This document shows, in pieces, positions 29,177 through 38,459 of a stretch of DNA of 64,000 bases (position 1 is the stretch's first letter; the number at the start of each line of letters is the position of its first letter). The stretch lies in NCBI GenBank assembly GCA_046497465.1, contig JAWOFO010000035.1:1074-65073 (forward strand), read 5' to 3'. The notes under the pieces were generated by a model, which was given only the letters and a program-made list of their open reading frames with translations, did not search any database and was not told the DNA's origin. The DNA is from Desulfobia sp. Lineage in GTDB: Bacteria; Desulfobacterota; Desulfobulbia; Desulfobulbales; SURF-16. The position numbers were made by a program, and so were the translations under genes.

Positions 29177-32100
29177 CTATAATGCTACCTCAATCTCCTT
29201 TTCCGAGTCCGGAAATAGAAATACCGGCCGCCTTACCTTTACAGTCAGGATATCCCCCTTGTCCTTGTACAAAAGGGCAATCTTGACATCTTCAAGATCT
29301 GTTACTTCCTGTCCATCAAGGGCAAGAATAACGTCTTTTTCTTTCAGACCGGCCTCGCGGGCCGCACTGCGGCCATGAGCAAAACCGGTGATAACAAGTT
29401 CATCTTCCCTGCTCAGGAGCTTGACTCCCAAAACAGGTGATTCCTCCATGCTGAAAGGAGGAGTGAAAAACAGGTAATCACCGCAGCTCTTATCCAGTTT
29501 CTCCCCTCCCCTGGCATTTACTGCCACGACCTGCGCGATTTCCAGCCGCCTGTTGACCCTGGGGGGTATACCGGTTTCTTTGTTGACATGCCCGGAACCA
29601 GCCAGAACCACCATTTTTTTTGCAGGGTTCTCCTTGAGGTAAAGGGCTATTGTTTCAGCCATAGTCTCATCCCAAAGGGCCTGGGCCTGGACAAAGCCGG
29701 ACAATTTTCCGTTGCCGAAGTAAGGCCCCTGGTGCTGCTTAAATACTTCTTCCAGCCTCTCTCTGTAGCCTTCCATGGAGAGATCCCGGTTCTGGGTAAG
29801 ATCGTTTCTGGTTTTTTCGTCCAGAGATGCTATCCCACCCCGACGAAAGGCATCGCTGACTATTTTCTTTTCGAGATTAAGGCCTAACACCGGGATACCG
29901 TATTTCCTGGCAAACTGCATTATGTCCTGGTAGTAGCGGTAATCGTAGCCCCAATTCTGAAAATAATCGACCTCTTTTAAAAACTCCCGTTCGCCTGTTT
30001 CCGCTCTGATATACCTGTCCAGAGTCTCCTGGACACTGGCCGGAAACATCTCCATGCCGACAGCCATCTCTGGATGACGTTCGTACAGGGCCCGCACTAT
30101 TCTCATCTGTAACTGATGGTCAACCGGCCTGACATGAGTTTCTCCAACATAAATAACCCGGTTCTCAGCCATTTTCTCCATGAGATCATCAAAATCACGG
30201 CGTTTCGAAAGAGCTATGCCGGTGGGTTTTTTATCCAGGTTGCGGACAATACCCTTGTCGCTCTCGGGAATGGCCTTCTTGATGTTCCTGCCCTCCCGGA
30301 AATAAAGCCTGCCGTATTTCCCATAATGCCTCAGCTTTTCTGCAACCGCCTGCACTTCCTGACGATCAGCCGCCTGGACGATTACTGCAACCTCTTCAAA
30401 ATTCAGGGGATTCTTTCTGGCCTCCAGGCTGAAACCCTTACCTGGCAAATCAACCTTACCAAAAACGGAACGACAGGCATCCGAGTCTTCACCCAGAAAC
30501 AACAGGGAATTGTCCTCCATCTCCCCGGCATTTAATTCCTTATCTTCGATAACCCGGCCCCCTATTCCCCGGATCATTTCAATCATAGGGGCATAAATTT
30601 CTTTGGTGCCTTCTTCTATTACAGCCAGTTTATTCCGGGCACCCAGGAAGGCAGACCAGACCGGAGGGAGCTCGCCGTCAACCAGGGAACGCATTAAATC
30701 GTAATGCCCATCAACCACCAGCTGCACCGGATAACCGGGAAGCTCGAGAGAGACTGAAACCCTGCCCTCTTCCATTTTGACACTCCTATTAACAGTACCG
30801 GCTTCAGTATCTATCCTGACCGGTACCACGAGGTCGTAGGGCTTGCTGTTCTCCTGAACAATATCAAATGAGAGAAACGGATCTCCCCCGGTCTCCCGGA
30901 AATCCAGGTTCTTGATCCCGAGAACCGGGACATCACTTCTGGTCAGCCACTGCTCAAAAAAAGAAGACAGATCCAGGCCCGAAACCGCGCTGAAAGTTTC
31001 CTCTATCTCCTGCCAGCCAGCCCTGCCGTATCTGTTATTCTGATAAAAAAGGCGGAGGGCTTCCCTGAAGTCATCTTCCCCCACCCGGCGGTGCAGCATG
31101 TGGAAGATCATGGCACACTTATTATAGCCTACGGCCCGGACAGCCTTGTCAGCTAAAGCGTGACTACCGGCGCTGGTGAAACCCTGAACAGTAAAGGTAC
31201 TGTTGTCAGCCAAGTAGTTCTGATATTTAACCAACTGATTTTTACGGAAATCAGAACCCTCACCTTTCTCCGCAGCATAGGCATGATCCGCCAGGTAGGT
31301 GGTCAGGCCCTCAACCCAGTTGCCCTGCTGAGGGTCGGAACGTAGGGCATTACCCAGCCAGCTGTGAAGCACCTCGTGGCCCAGGGAACTGTCAATGATA
31401 AAGGGCAGGTGCACCACCCGCTGGCCCAGCAGAGTAAAAGTGGGCATGGCAAATCCGGTTGGTCTACGGTTTTCAACTATGGCAAAACGTCCATAGGGAT
31501 ACGCGCCGAAAAGTCTGATATATCTTGCCAGATACTGATGTGTTTTCTGGCGGAAGCCGGCTGCCAGTTCCCTGTCTTCTTCGAAAAAGTAAGAGGCCAG
31601 TATCTTACCGTCGCCAAACTCCTCTTCCACCACCTTGTAAGGTCCGGCTATGAAATGAATACGTGAGACAGGATGAGGAAAGTGAAAGGTAACCAGTTTC
31701 TGCTCGCCTTTCTGTTCAATAACGATTCGATCGGCCTCAGAAACCGCGGAAAATTGTTTGGGTACAAGGGCCGTAAGCTGGTATTCCGCGTCTACAGAAG
31801 GCCGGGGATACCAGGTGTCCAGCAGGGTAATACCTTCCGGGCTGAGCAGGGAACAGTCATCCTCTTCCACCTTTTTCTTCCAGGAAAGGAAAATCTTACG
31901 TTTATTATCCCCTGTAGGGATAAACAGTACGCCCTTTTTATCAGGCTCTGCTTCAAGCCTGGCCCCGTTGACCCTAAGACTGAGATCTGCCAGACCTGCA
32001 ACCGTCAGTTCCAGGCCGTATCCTGCGGGTAAATCAAAGTCAGCCTCCCCGCTCAAAGTGTTTTTCCCCACCTCAAAACCAATGGTCATATTATATTCAA

Positions 32101-32200
32101 GGGCTCCGATATGGGCCGCCCAGGAGCTGTTACTATAGAAAAAAAGCAGAAAAAAAACGGCGAGGGACCGAGACAAACCTGATTGCCATACCTTTTTCAT
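29177..32200 (-). CDS. Exported M1-type peptidase / ChaN / PDZ fusion protein
   Basis: Signal peptide; HEVLH..NWVEG; VGETH, GMEMF, WDETMA, AGSGH (ChaN); C-terminal PDZ. Confidence 0.82.
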   Translation of the reverse strand: MKKVWQSGLSRSLAVFFLLFFYSNSSWAAHIGALEYNMTIGFEVGKNTLSGEADFDLPAGYGLELTVAGLADLSLRVNGARLEAEPDKKGVLFIPTGDNKRKIFLSWKKKVEEDDCSLLSPEGITLLDTWYPRPSVDAEYQLTALVPKQFSAVSEADRIVIEQKGEQKLVTFHFPHPVSRIHFIAGPYKVVEEEFGDGKILASYFFEEDRELAAGFRQKTHQYLARYIRLFGAYPYGRFAIVENRRPTGFAMPTFTLLGQRVVHLPFIIDSSLGHEVLHSWLGNALRSDPQQGNWVEGLTTYLADHAYAAEKGEGSDFRKNQLVKYQNYLADNSTFTVQGFTSAGSHALADKAVRAVGYNKCAMIFHMLHRRVGEDDFREALRLFYQNNRYGRAGWQEIEETFSAVSGLDLSSFFEQWLTRSDVPVLGIKNLDFRETGGDPFLSFDIVQENSKPYDLVVPVRIDTEAGTVNRSVKMEEGRVSVSLELPGYPVQLVVDGHYDLMRSLVDGELPPVWSAFLGARNKLAVIEEGTKEIYAPMIEMIRGIGGRVIEDKELNAGEMEDNSLLFLGEDSDACRSVFGKVDLPGKGFSLEARKNPLNFEEVAVIVQAADRQEVQAVAEKLRHYGKYGRLYFREGRNIKKAIPESDKGIVRNLDKKPTGIALSKRRDFDDLMEKMAENRVIYVGETHVRPVDHQLQMRIVRALYERHPEMAVGMEMFPASVQETLDRYIRAETGEREFLKEVDYFQNWGYDYRYYQDIMQFARKYGIPVLGLNLEKKIVSDAFRRGGIASLDEKTRNDLTQNRDLSMEGYRERLEEVFKQHQGPYFGNGKLSGFVQAQALWDETMAETIALYLKENPAKKMVVLAGSGHVNKETGIPPRVNRRLEIAQVVAVNARGGEKLDKSCGDYLFFTPPFSMEESPVLGVKLLSREDELVITGFAHGRSAAREAGLKEKDVILALDGQEVTDLEDVKIALLYKDKGDILTVKVRRPVFLFPDSEKEIEVAL

Positions 32201-32505
32201 AAAATATATCCCTATTATTTAAAGCTGATTGATAACCGGGCTCCAGAAAAAACAAAGTTCCACACCCTTGGGGGACAGATGACCGCACCTCGGCACGTTA
32301 TGGTGAGGAAGGTAATGAATCATCCATTGGGATTTTTACTCATAATTGAGATTCATCTTTACGGTTATAAATTTACAGTGGACAGTATACCACTCATTTC
32401 ATTAAAAATAAATGAGGTTAAAAACCCATAAATTTTTAATTTATATTTTTTCCCTTGACATTACCCATATAATAGCTAAATTTTTAATGTATAAGGAGGT
32501 AAATC

Positions 32506-33357
32506 ATGGCTATTACCATTAATAATAATGATTACTCTTCAAGTTTCACTGCCAATCAGCTGCAGCAAGGCAACCGTACCCTCAACCAACACCTTGAACG
32601 TATTTCCACAGGTAACCGCATCAATAATGCGGCAGACGATGCTGCCGGACTAACCATTGCCAACGGTCTGGCCAGCCAGGCCCGCGGGCTGGGTCAATCT
32701 GTACGTAATGCCAACGATGCCCTCTCAATTACCCAAATAGCGGACGGGGCCATGCAGGAGGCCGGTAAACTTGTCCAAAATATTCGGGAAAACGCCCTGC
32801 AGGCCGCCAACGCCAGTCAGAGTCAAGAGAGTCGCCAGGCCCTGCAGTCCGAGATAGACCGCTCTCTGGAACAACTGGACAACATTGCAGCCAACACCAG
32901 TTATAATAACCAGGATCTGCTGAACGGTTCCTTTACCGGCCAAAGTTTCCAGATCGGGCCAGAAAGCGGCAATAACATTGATATTCACATTAATTCCACC
33001 GAAACCGGTCAACTGGGGAGCGGGGAAAACGGCAGTCTGGCAGAGATAGATGTCACAACCCCCCAGGGGGCTGAGATTGCGGTCAGAGTGGCTGATGAGG
33101 CCCTCACTCAATTAAACAGCAACCGCTCCAACCTTGGCTCTACTCAGAATCAGCTGAATTCGACAATCAGCAATCTGGCTACTACCGAGATCAACACCCG
33201 TAGTGCTGAATCAAATATCAGGGACGTTGACCTGGCGGAAGAGGCTATGAATTTTAATCAGATGCAGGTTCTGAACCAGGCCAGGACCTTTGCCCAGAAC
33301 CAGGCCCAGGCGGTTAACCAGCAAAACGTGGTCAACCTGCTTCAGGGGGGCTGGTAA
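32506..33357 (+). CDS. Short flagellin
   Basis: ERISTGNRINNAADDAAG, NANDALS, RSNLGSTQN, AESNIRDVDLAEE; AAGGAGG RBS. Confidence 0.9.
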   Translation: MAITINNNDYSSSFTANQLQQGNRTLNQHLERISTGNRINNAADDAAGLTIANGLASQARGLGQSVRNANDALSITQIADGAMQEAGKLVQNIRENALQAANASQSQESRQALQSEIDRSLEQLDNIAANTSYNNQDLLNGSFTGQSFQIGPESGNNIDIHINSTETGQLGSGENGSLAEIDVTTPQGAEIAVRVADEALTQLNSNRSNLGSTQNQLNSTISNLATTEINTRSAESNIRDVDLAEEAMNFNQMQVLNQARTFAQNQAQAVNQQNVVNLLQGGW

Positions 33358-33405
33358 GATCCTCATATAGTTATCAAGAAACCCCTTACCATATTAATAA
33401 GTGTT

Positions 33406-34566
33406 GTGCTTTTGTGCGGGCCGCTACAGGCCCGCACCTCTATTTTTAAGGAAGCCGACCTCCTGATCAGCAGGGGAGGTTTAACACTGGTACCTTCTTG
33501 CCGGCCACCCCTCCGATACAAAAGCAATGTCCCTCTAATCCCGGCCAGTATCCTGAAAATTGCCACAGCAGACGCAACCCTCTCCCTTCTGGAACCCGGT
33601 TTCCGTTTCCGGACCGAATTCTACCAGGACACAAAGGGAAGGCTGATCATCAAAGGTTTTGGTGACCCTTTTCTGATTTCGGAAGAAATCACCCTGATCA
33701 GCAGAAAGCTCCGAAAGCATCTACGCCAGCCACCATCCCGGATCATGATTGACCAGTCCGCCTTTAAGCTGAACCGGAGAACAGCCGGCACAGGAAACAG
33801 CCTTAATCCTTATGATGCCGGCAACGCCGCCCTGGCCGTCAATTTTGATACCGTTAAGATAAAAGTGGCGGCTGACCTGAGCACTGCTTCTGCCGAGCCC
33901 CAGACCCCCACTCTGCCAATCATGCAGGCTCTGGGCCAGAAAACCGGCCCCGGGGAATACCGGATTACTATCCCGGATCTTAAAAACAGTACCGTTCATT
34001 ACGCAGGCCAACTTTTTGCCGCCCTGCTCCAGAAAACAGACAACCAGGACCCAATTCAGGTCGGCATTTTCCAGGGAGAACTTCCGTCAAAGCCGGTTTA
34101 CACCCATTACTCCTCTAAAAAATTAACCGAGGTGGTGAAAGCCATGCTTCTTTACTCCAATAACTTTATTGCCAACCAGCTTTTCCTGGTCTGCGGAGCA
34201 CAGAGATACGGATATCCAGCCACCTGGAACAAAGGCCGCCAAGCCCTTGCCGGCTTTCTAAACTGCGAGGTCGGCCTGCCGGCACAATCTTTCCTGATCA
34301 GGGAGGGCTCAGGACTCTCAAGAGCAAACCTGATAACCGCCGAGGCTATGATAAGGGTCCTGAAACACTTCCGGCCCTATGCTCATCTGCTGCCGGACTG
34401 CCAGGGGCATCTGCTTAAATCAGGTACCATGTCCGGGGTCTACAGTTTTGCCGGTTATCTCAAAGGTGATAAAGGTCTTCAGCCCCTGGTCATTATACTG
34501 AACCAGAGAGAAAACAACCGGGACCAGCTGCTCAAGCTTCTTCAGGAGAAACCGCTTACTCCTTAA
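33406..34566 (+). CDS. D-Ala-D-Ala carboxypeptidase/endopeptidase (peptidase S13); start uncertain
   Basis: PASILK (SxxK), GFGDP, SNN, GSGLSR, KSG. Confidence 0.85.
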   Translation: MLLCGPLQARTSIFKEADLLISRGGLTLVPSCRPPLRYKSNVPLIPASILKIATADATLSLLEPGFRFRTEFYQDTKGRLIIKGFGDPFLISEEITLISRKLRKHLRQPPSRIMIDQSAFKLNRRTAGTGNSLNPYDAGNAALAVNFDTVKIKVAADLSTASAEPQTPTLPIMQALGQKTGPGEYRITIPDLKNSTVHYAGQLFAALLQKTDNQDPIQVGIFQGELPSKPVYTHYSSKKLTEVVKAMLLYSNNFIANQLFLVCGAQRYGYPATWNKGRQALAGFLNCEVGLPAQSFLIREGSGLSRANLITAEAMIRVLKHFRPYAHLLPDCQGHLLKSGTMSGVYSFAGYLKGDKGLQPLVIILNQRENNRDQLLKLLQEKPLTP

Positions 34567-35566
34567 GCATCTGCTGCGCCATGAAACCCGCCCCCAGTAA
34601 AGGCGCCCGGCTGTCCAGTATAACCCGGACAGGAATTCTCCGCATAAGATCTTTATACCGGCCCTTGTCTGAAAAGGACTGCAAAAACAGATCTTCCTGC
34701 AGGACAGGGAGAATTTTCGGGGTGATGCCGCCGCCAAGGTAAATTCCTCTGGTGGTCAGCGCTGTCAGAGCAAGGTTGCCGCAAACAGAACCGAGAATGG
34801 AAACGAAATGCCGGAGAACCTGACTGCAGACGGGATGTTCTCCGGCCAGGGCGGTTTCAGTTATAACCCTGGCCGAATCCATGGATCGCATTTTTTCCTT
34901 CAACCATAAGGGTTCCGGGGTATCAACCGATTGCTTTAACCAGTAATAGATGTTAACCAGCCCCTCCCCGGAGAGAAGGCGCTCCACGCTAACGTGCCCA
35001 AATCGTTCATGGAGAAAACGCCAGAGATCTATTTCCGCCTCGCTGGTCGGAGCAAAGTCGACATGTCCGCCCTCGGAAGGGATAGGCCGGGGAGAGCCCT
35101 CCTGAAACACGAGCAGGGCCTGACCAAGGCCTGTACCCGGGGCCACGATTCCGATAGCGCCGTTCTTGTCGGATCTGGCCTTGTTCAGGGACAGAAGCCG
35201 GTATCCCGGCAACAGGGGAACCGACATGGCAGTGGCGCTTAAGTCATTGACCAGCCGGACACGTTCCCATCCGAAACGTTTTCTGAGGCTGTTTTCCGAG
35301 ACTATCCAGGGCAGATTGGTGGTCTTTGAGCGCCCCCTGATAACCGGACCGGCAACACCTAGGCAAACACTGACCGGTAAAATGCCATGCCTGCCGGTAA
35401 AGTCTTCAAGGATACTCTCCAGGTTGTCAGCCTCCCGGCTGGAATAGGTCTCCATGATTTTCAGGCGCGGCCGGCGAGGACCCGGCTCAAAGCAGCCGAT
35501 ATTTGTCTTGGTCCCGCCAATGTCGGCCCCTAAAACGAAAATTTCCTCGGGGTATTGCGGCGTCAT
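34556..35566 (-). CDS. glk: Glucokinase
   Basis: ADIGGT, GVAGP, VND, PGTGLG, SEGGH, GGGI. Confidence 0.92.
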   Translation of the reverse strand: MTPQYPEEIFVLGADIGGTKTNIGCFEPGPRRPRLKIMETYSSREADNLESILEDFTGRHGILPVSVCLGVAGPVIRGRSKTTNLPWIVSENSLRKRFGWERVRLVNDLSATAMSVPLLPGYRLLSLNKARSDKNGAIGIVAPGTGLGQALLVFQEGSPRPIPSEGGHVDFAPTSEAEIDLWRFLHERFGHVSVERLLSGEGLVNIYYWLKQSVDTPEPLWLKEKMRSMDSARVITETALAGEHPVCSQVLRHFVSILGSVCGNLALTALTTRGIYLGGGITPKILPVLQEDLFLQSFSDKGRYKDLMRRIPVRVILDSRAPLLGAGFMAQQMLKE

Positions 35567-35596
35567 GTCAAGGTGCCTGTCATCCCACTGATTAGC

Positions 35597-36457
35597 TTAT
35601 TTTTTGTAAAGAATTTTTTCAAGCGCCCCGGGTATATATCTGACTATATCCTTGATCTGAGTGGCAGGCGTTGGTTCTGCGTATGATCCGGCTAATCGAT
35701 TGGCTCTTATAGCGGCTGTGGCCGCTTCATGAACAGTCATGCCTGATTCTATCAGGGCCGCCACAATACCGGTTATCGTGTCACCGGTGCCCCCCATTGC
35801 CTCCATTGCCTCTTCCGAAGGATGATCAACAACAGCCCTGATTCCCTCACTGTCAGCCACATAGTCCTTTCTGCCCTTGACCAGCAGGCACCTGGCTGCA
35901 TTTTGGTGCTGGTAAGCCCGGGATATGAGATCAGGCACCCGGTTTTCCTCGTGCAGGATAAAACCTCTCGTGTAAAAAGGATGCGGTGCCTCTTCATCCG
36001 CCAGAAAGGCCAGTTCCCCGATATCAGGAGTAAAAAGATCATATTTGCAGGATTGCCCACTCATTTTGGCAGCATACATAAAACCTGCATCCGCGATTAG
36101 TACAGGCCTTTTTCTCATCTCCTCCAAGGCAAACATCACCAGGTTGTGCCAATCAACATCGGGTTGAAGGTAATGAAAGGTAAAGGTGTTGTGGCCGGTT
36201 TTTTTCAAAACCCGGGTCAGATGTTCATAAAGGCACCGGCTCCCGTAGCCCTGTCCAATGTCTCCTGCAAGATAACCGAACGGACCGGGTATATCAAGTA
36301 ATTCGCACGTCTTGATTGCCGAGGCCAGCAAGGCCGGGGTGCCCCGGTTGACAGGGAACTTCTTCCCCTGTACATATATCACTTCATCTTTCAGTCTTAC
36401 CTTCCCTGCTACAAGAGGAAAATCCCGGTCAGGCACAGTACCTGCTATTGCTAACAT
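35597..36457 (-). CDS. Ribokinase-fold carbohydrate kinase / NAD(P)HX dehydratase-like protein
   Basis: ADAG, TPD.GE, LVKG, GGTGD; start placed at ATG 36457. Confidence 0.75.
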   Translation of the reverse strand: MLAIAGTVPDRDFPLVAGKVRLKDEVIYVQGKKFPVNRGTPALLASAIKTCELLDIPGPFGYLAGDIGQGYGSRCLYEHLTRVLKKTGHNTFTFHYLQPDVDWHNLVMFALEEMRKRPVLIADAGFMYAAKMSGQSCKYDLFTPDIGELAFLADEEAPHPFYTRGFILHEENRVPDLISRAYQHQNAARCLLVKGRKDYVADSEGIRAVVDHPSEEAMEAMGGTGDTITGIVAALIESGMTVHEAATAAIRANRLAGSYAEPTPATQIKDIVRYIPGALEKILYKK

Positions 36458-36999
36458 AGATCTAGTAACTTCTCGTAAGACAACTGGAGGGCATATCCAC
36501 ATAAAGTGTGGCCGATCTCCCGGGGGCTGGGTGCCTCGCTAAGGGACTTTCCGACCATCTCCCGGGCAAGGTAGGGAACATCCGGACACCCGCCGCCGGA
36601 GACGTTCACAATAATCAGGGTCTTTTTATCAACAGTCAATTTCATGTTGGCCGCCCGGACCATCAGGTACTCTCCGAAATCCTTGGTCTGGAAAAGATCC
36701 ACAGGCTGCATCAGAGGGCTGTTGACCGGGACCATTTCCAGCGGGATGGCTCCTTCTTCCTGAAGTCTTCTCCGGATATTCAGCTTTTCTATAAGGGGAA
36801 ATTCGATGACCAGATCACAGCCGCTTCTTATTTCAGGCGGTGGTCCCATGACACGTATCTTCCATCCGCCCCCTTTGAGGATACTCTCGGCCCTGATCAC
36901 CTCGCTGGTGTTTTCAAACACCAGGATTCCGCGATCTACAGACAGGTTTTTCGGATTTCTTTTTGATCTATTTCCTTTAAAAAATTCTAAGAATCCCAA
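36451..36999 (-). CDS. DUF3343-domain protein
   Basis: FENTSEVIRAE, PPPEIRSGC, SGGGCPDVP, HTLCG. Confidence 0.78.
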   Translation of the reverse strand: MGFLEFFKGNRSKRNPKNLSVDRGILVFENTSEVIRAESILKGGGWKIRVMGPPPEIRSGCDLVIEFPLIEKLNIRRRLQEEGAIPLEMVPVNSPLMQPVDLFQTKDFGEYLMVRAANMKLTVDKKTLIIVNVSGGGCPDVPYLAREMVGKSLSEAPSPREIGHTLCGYALQLSYEKLLDLC

Positions 37000-37004
37000 G
37001 GTGA

Positions 37005-37223
37005 TTAATCCTTTGAAATGATAATACTGTATCCCTCACCATCCGGCTGGATATTTTTTATCTGCCATCCCTTGCTTTGGGCTGCCCGTCTCACATTTTC
37101 TTTGGATGTATCCGTGTCCACCAGGATCCTGATCTCGCCTCTGCCCGCAGCCTTGATCTCATCCATGGTCATCAATACAGGCTGAGGACAGGAAAGCCCT
37201 CTTGCATCAACTGTTGTGCTCAT
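37005..37223 (-). CDS. TusA/SirA/YedF-family sulfur/selenium carrier
   Basis: VDARGLSCPQP. Confidence 0.92.
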   Translation of the reverse strand: MSTTVDARGLSCPQPVLMTMDEIKAAGRGEIRILVDTDTSKENVRRAAQSKGWQIKNIQPDGEGYSIIISKD

Positions 37224-38320
37224 TGTTGAACCCTCCTGACATTAACTTTTCTCATGAAAAAACCGATAAACAGGCAGACCAGGAGTCCTGTCACCACGGC
37301 TGCAATACCATGGGTCCCTATACCTTTCGGTGAACTTGCCAGACCGAAATTGTGGGCAAATCCTGCCCCTACTATCATGCCAAGAACGAATACAGCCGAA
37401 TCTCCATCACCTTCCCCGGCTAAAAAAAGTTGTCGTCCCGGACATCCCCCGGCCAAGGCAAAAGCCAATCCTGCCACTACCATGCCTCCAAAGTTCCAGA
37501 CCCACATGGTATGGGCTACCGGCTGTTTAACAAAACCGGGATGGAATTGTTCCAGGATAAGGTTGGCAACAAAGGCAGAAACTACTAAGGCGAAGAGCCC
37601 CATGAAAAGATGGGTCTGCCGGAAAAGGATCAGGTCCCGGAAGGCCCCCATTGTGCAAAAACGGCTTCTCTGGGCCAGAAACCCAATGGCAAGGCCTGCA
37701 GCCAGGGAAATGATCAGAGGTGCATGCATAGCGCCCGGACCTTTAATACTGTAGAAGAGGATGCCGCTTTTGGCCTCGCCCTCAAGCTGAGGAAAGACGA
37801 GCATTAATACGAGAAAGCCCGACATGATCAAAGGAAACAGCCATCCCGCCGAGGTATACGTCTTTTCGGCACGTCCTAGGTTGTACCCGCCTCTTAGAAA
37901 AAGGGTACCAATCCAGATACCGACAATCAGCCCGGCAATACCGAACAGGGCATTCCCATCGCCAGCCGCAAGCCGCAGCAGGGCCCGCCATGGGCATCCC
38001 AAAAAAACTAATGCCCCGATCATGGCAAATACCCCTAAAACAAATCTTACAATTGGGGCCGAGCCCGCTCGTGGGCGGAACTCTTTAAAAACATAGGCAG
38101 CAATCAATGAGCCAAGTACAAATCCAATAATTTCCGGCCGCATGTACTGTACCACAGCGGCCCGGTGAAGCCCCAGCGTCCCTGCAATATCCCGCTCAAA
38201 GCAGGCCACACAGATGCCCATGTTTCCGGGGTTGCCCAGGGTCTGCAGAAGCGCTGCAAGTATTCCGATAAAAGCTCCTACACTTATAACTCCCCAACGT
38301 GTCGCAAAATAGTTCTTCAA
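37220..38320 (-). CDS. YedE-family putative selenium transporter
   Basis: GNPGNMGICVACF, LGCP, RSRFC, GGCP.RQ. Confidence 0.9.
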   Translation of the reverse strand: MKNYFATRWGVISVGAFIGILAALLQTLGNPGNMGICVACFERDIAGTLGLHRAAVVQYMRPEIIGFVLGSLIAAYVFKEFRPRAGSAPIVRFVLGVFAMIGALVFLGCPWRALLRLAAGDGNALFGIAGLIVGIWIGTLFLRGGYNLGRAEKTYTSAGWLFPLIMSGFLVLMLVFPQLEGEAKSGILFYSIKGPGAMHAPLIISLAAGLAIGFLAQRSRFCTMGAFRDLILFRQTHLFMGLFALVVSAFVANLILEQFHPGFVKQPVAHTMWVWNFGGMVVAGLAFALAGGCPGRQLFLAGEGDGDSAVFVLGMIVGAGFAHNFGLASSPKGIGTHGIAAVVTGLLVCLFIGFFMRKVNVRRVQQ

Positions 38321-38370
38321 TTGACCGGCCCTCCTTTTCCATCCTCCTGAGACATGAAATTTGTTTTTTA

Positions 38371-38435
38371 CTCAACTTTCCGAACGGAAAATTTGCACGT
38401 TATATCACACAGATAAATCAATCCGGAAAGTTGAA
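38371..38435. mobile_element. 65-bp MITE of the TCAACTTTCCG family
   Basis: CTCAACTTTCCG...CGGAAAGTTGAA; flanks TTTTTTA/CTTTTTA. Confidence 0.78.
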
Positions 38436-38459
38436 CTTTTTATTTCCGTGATTCCAAAA

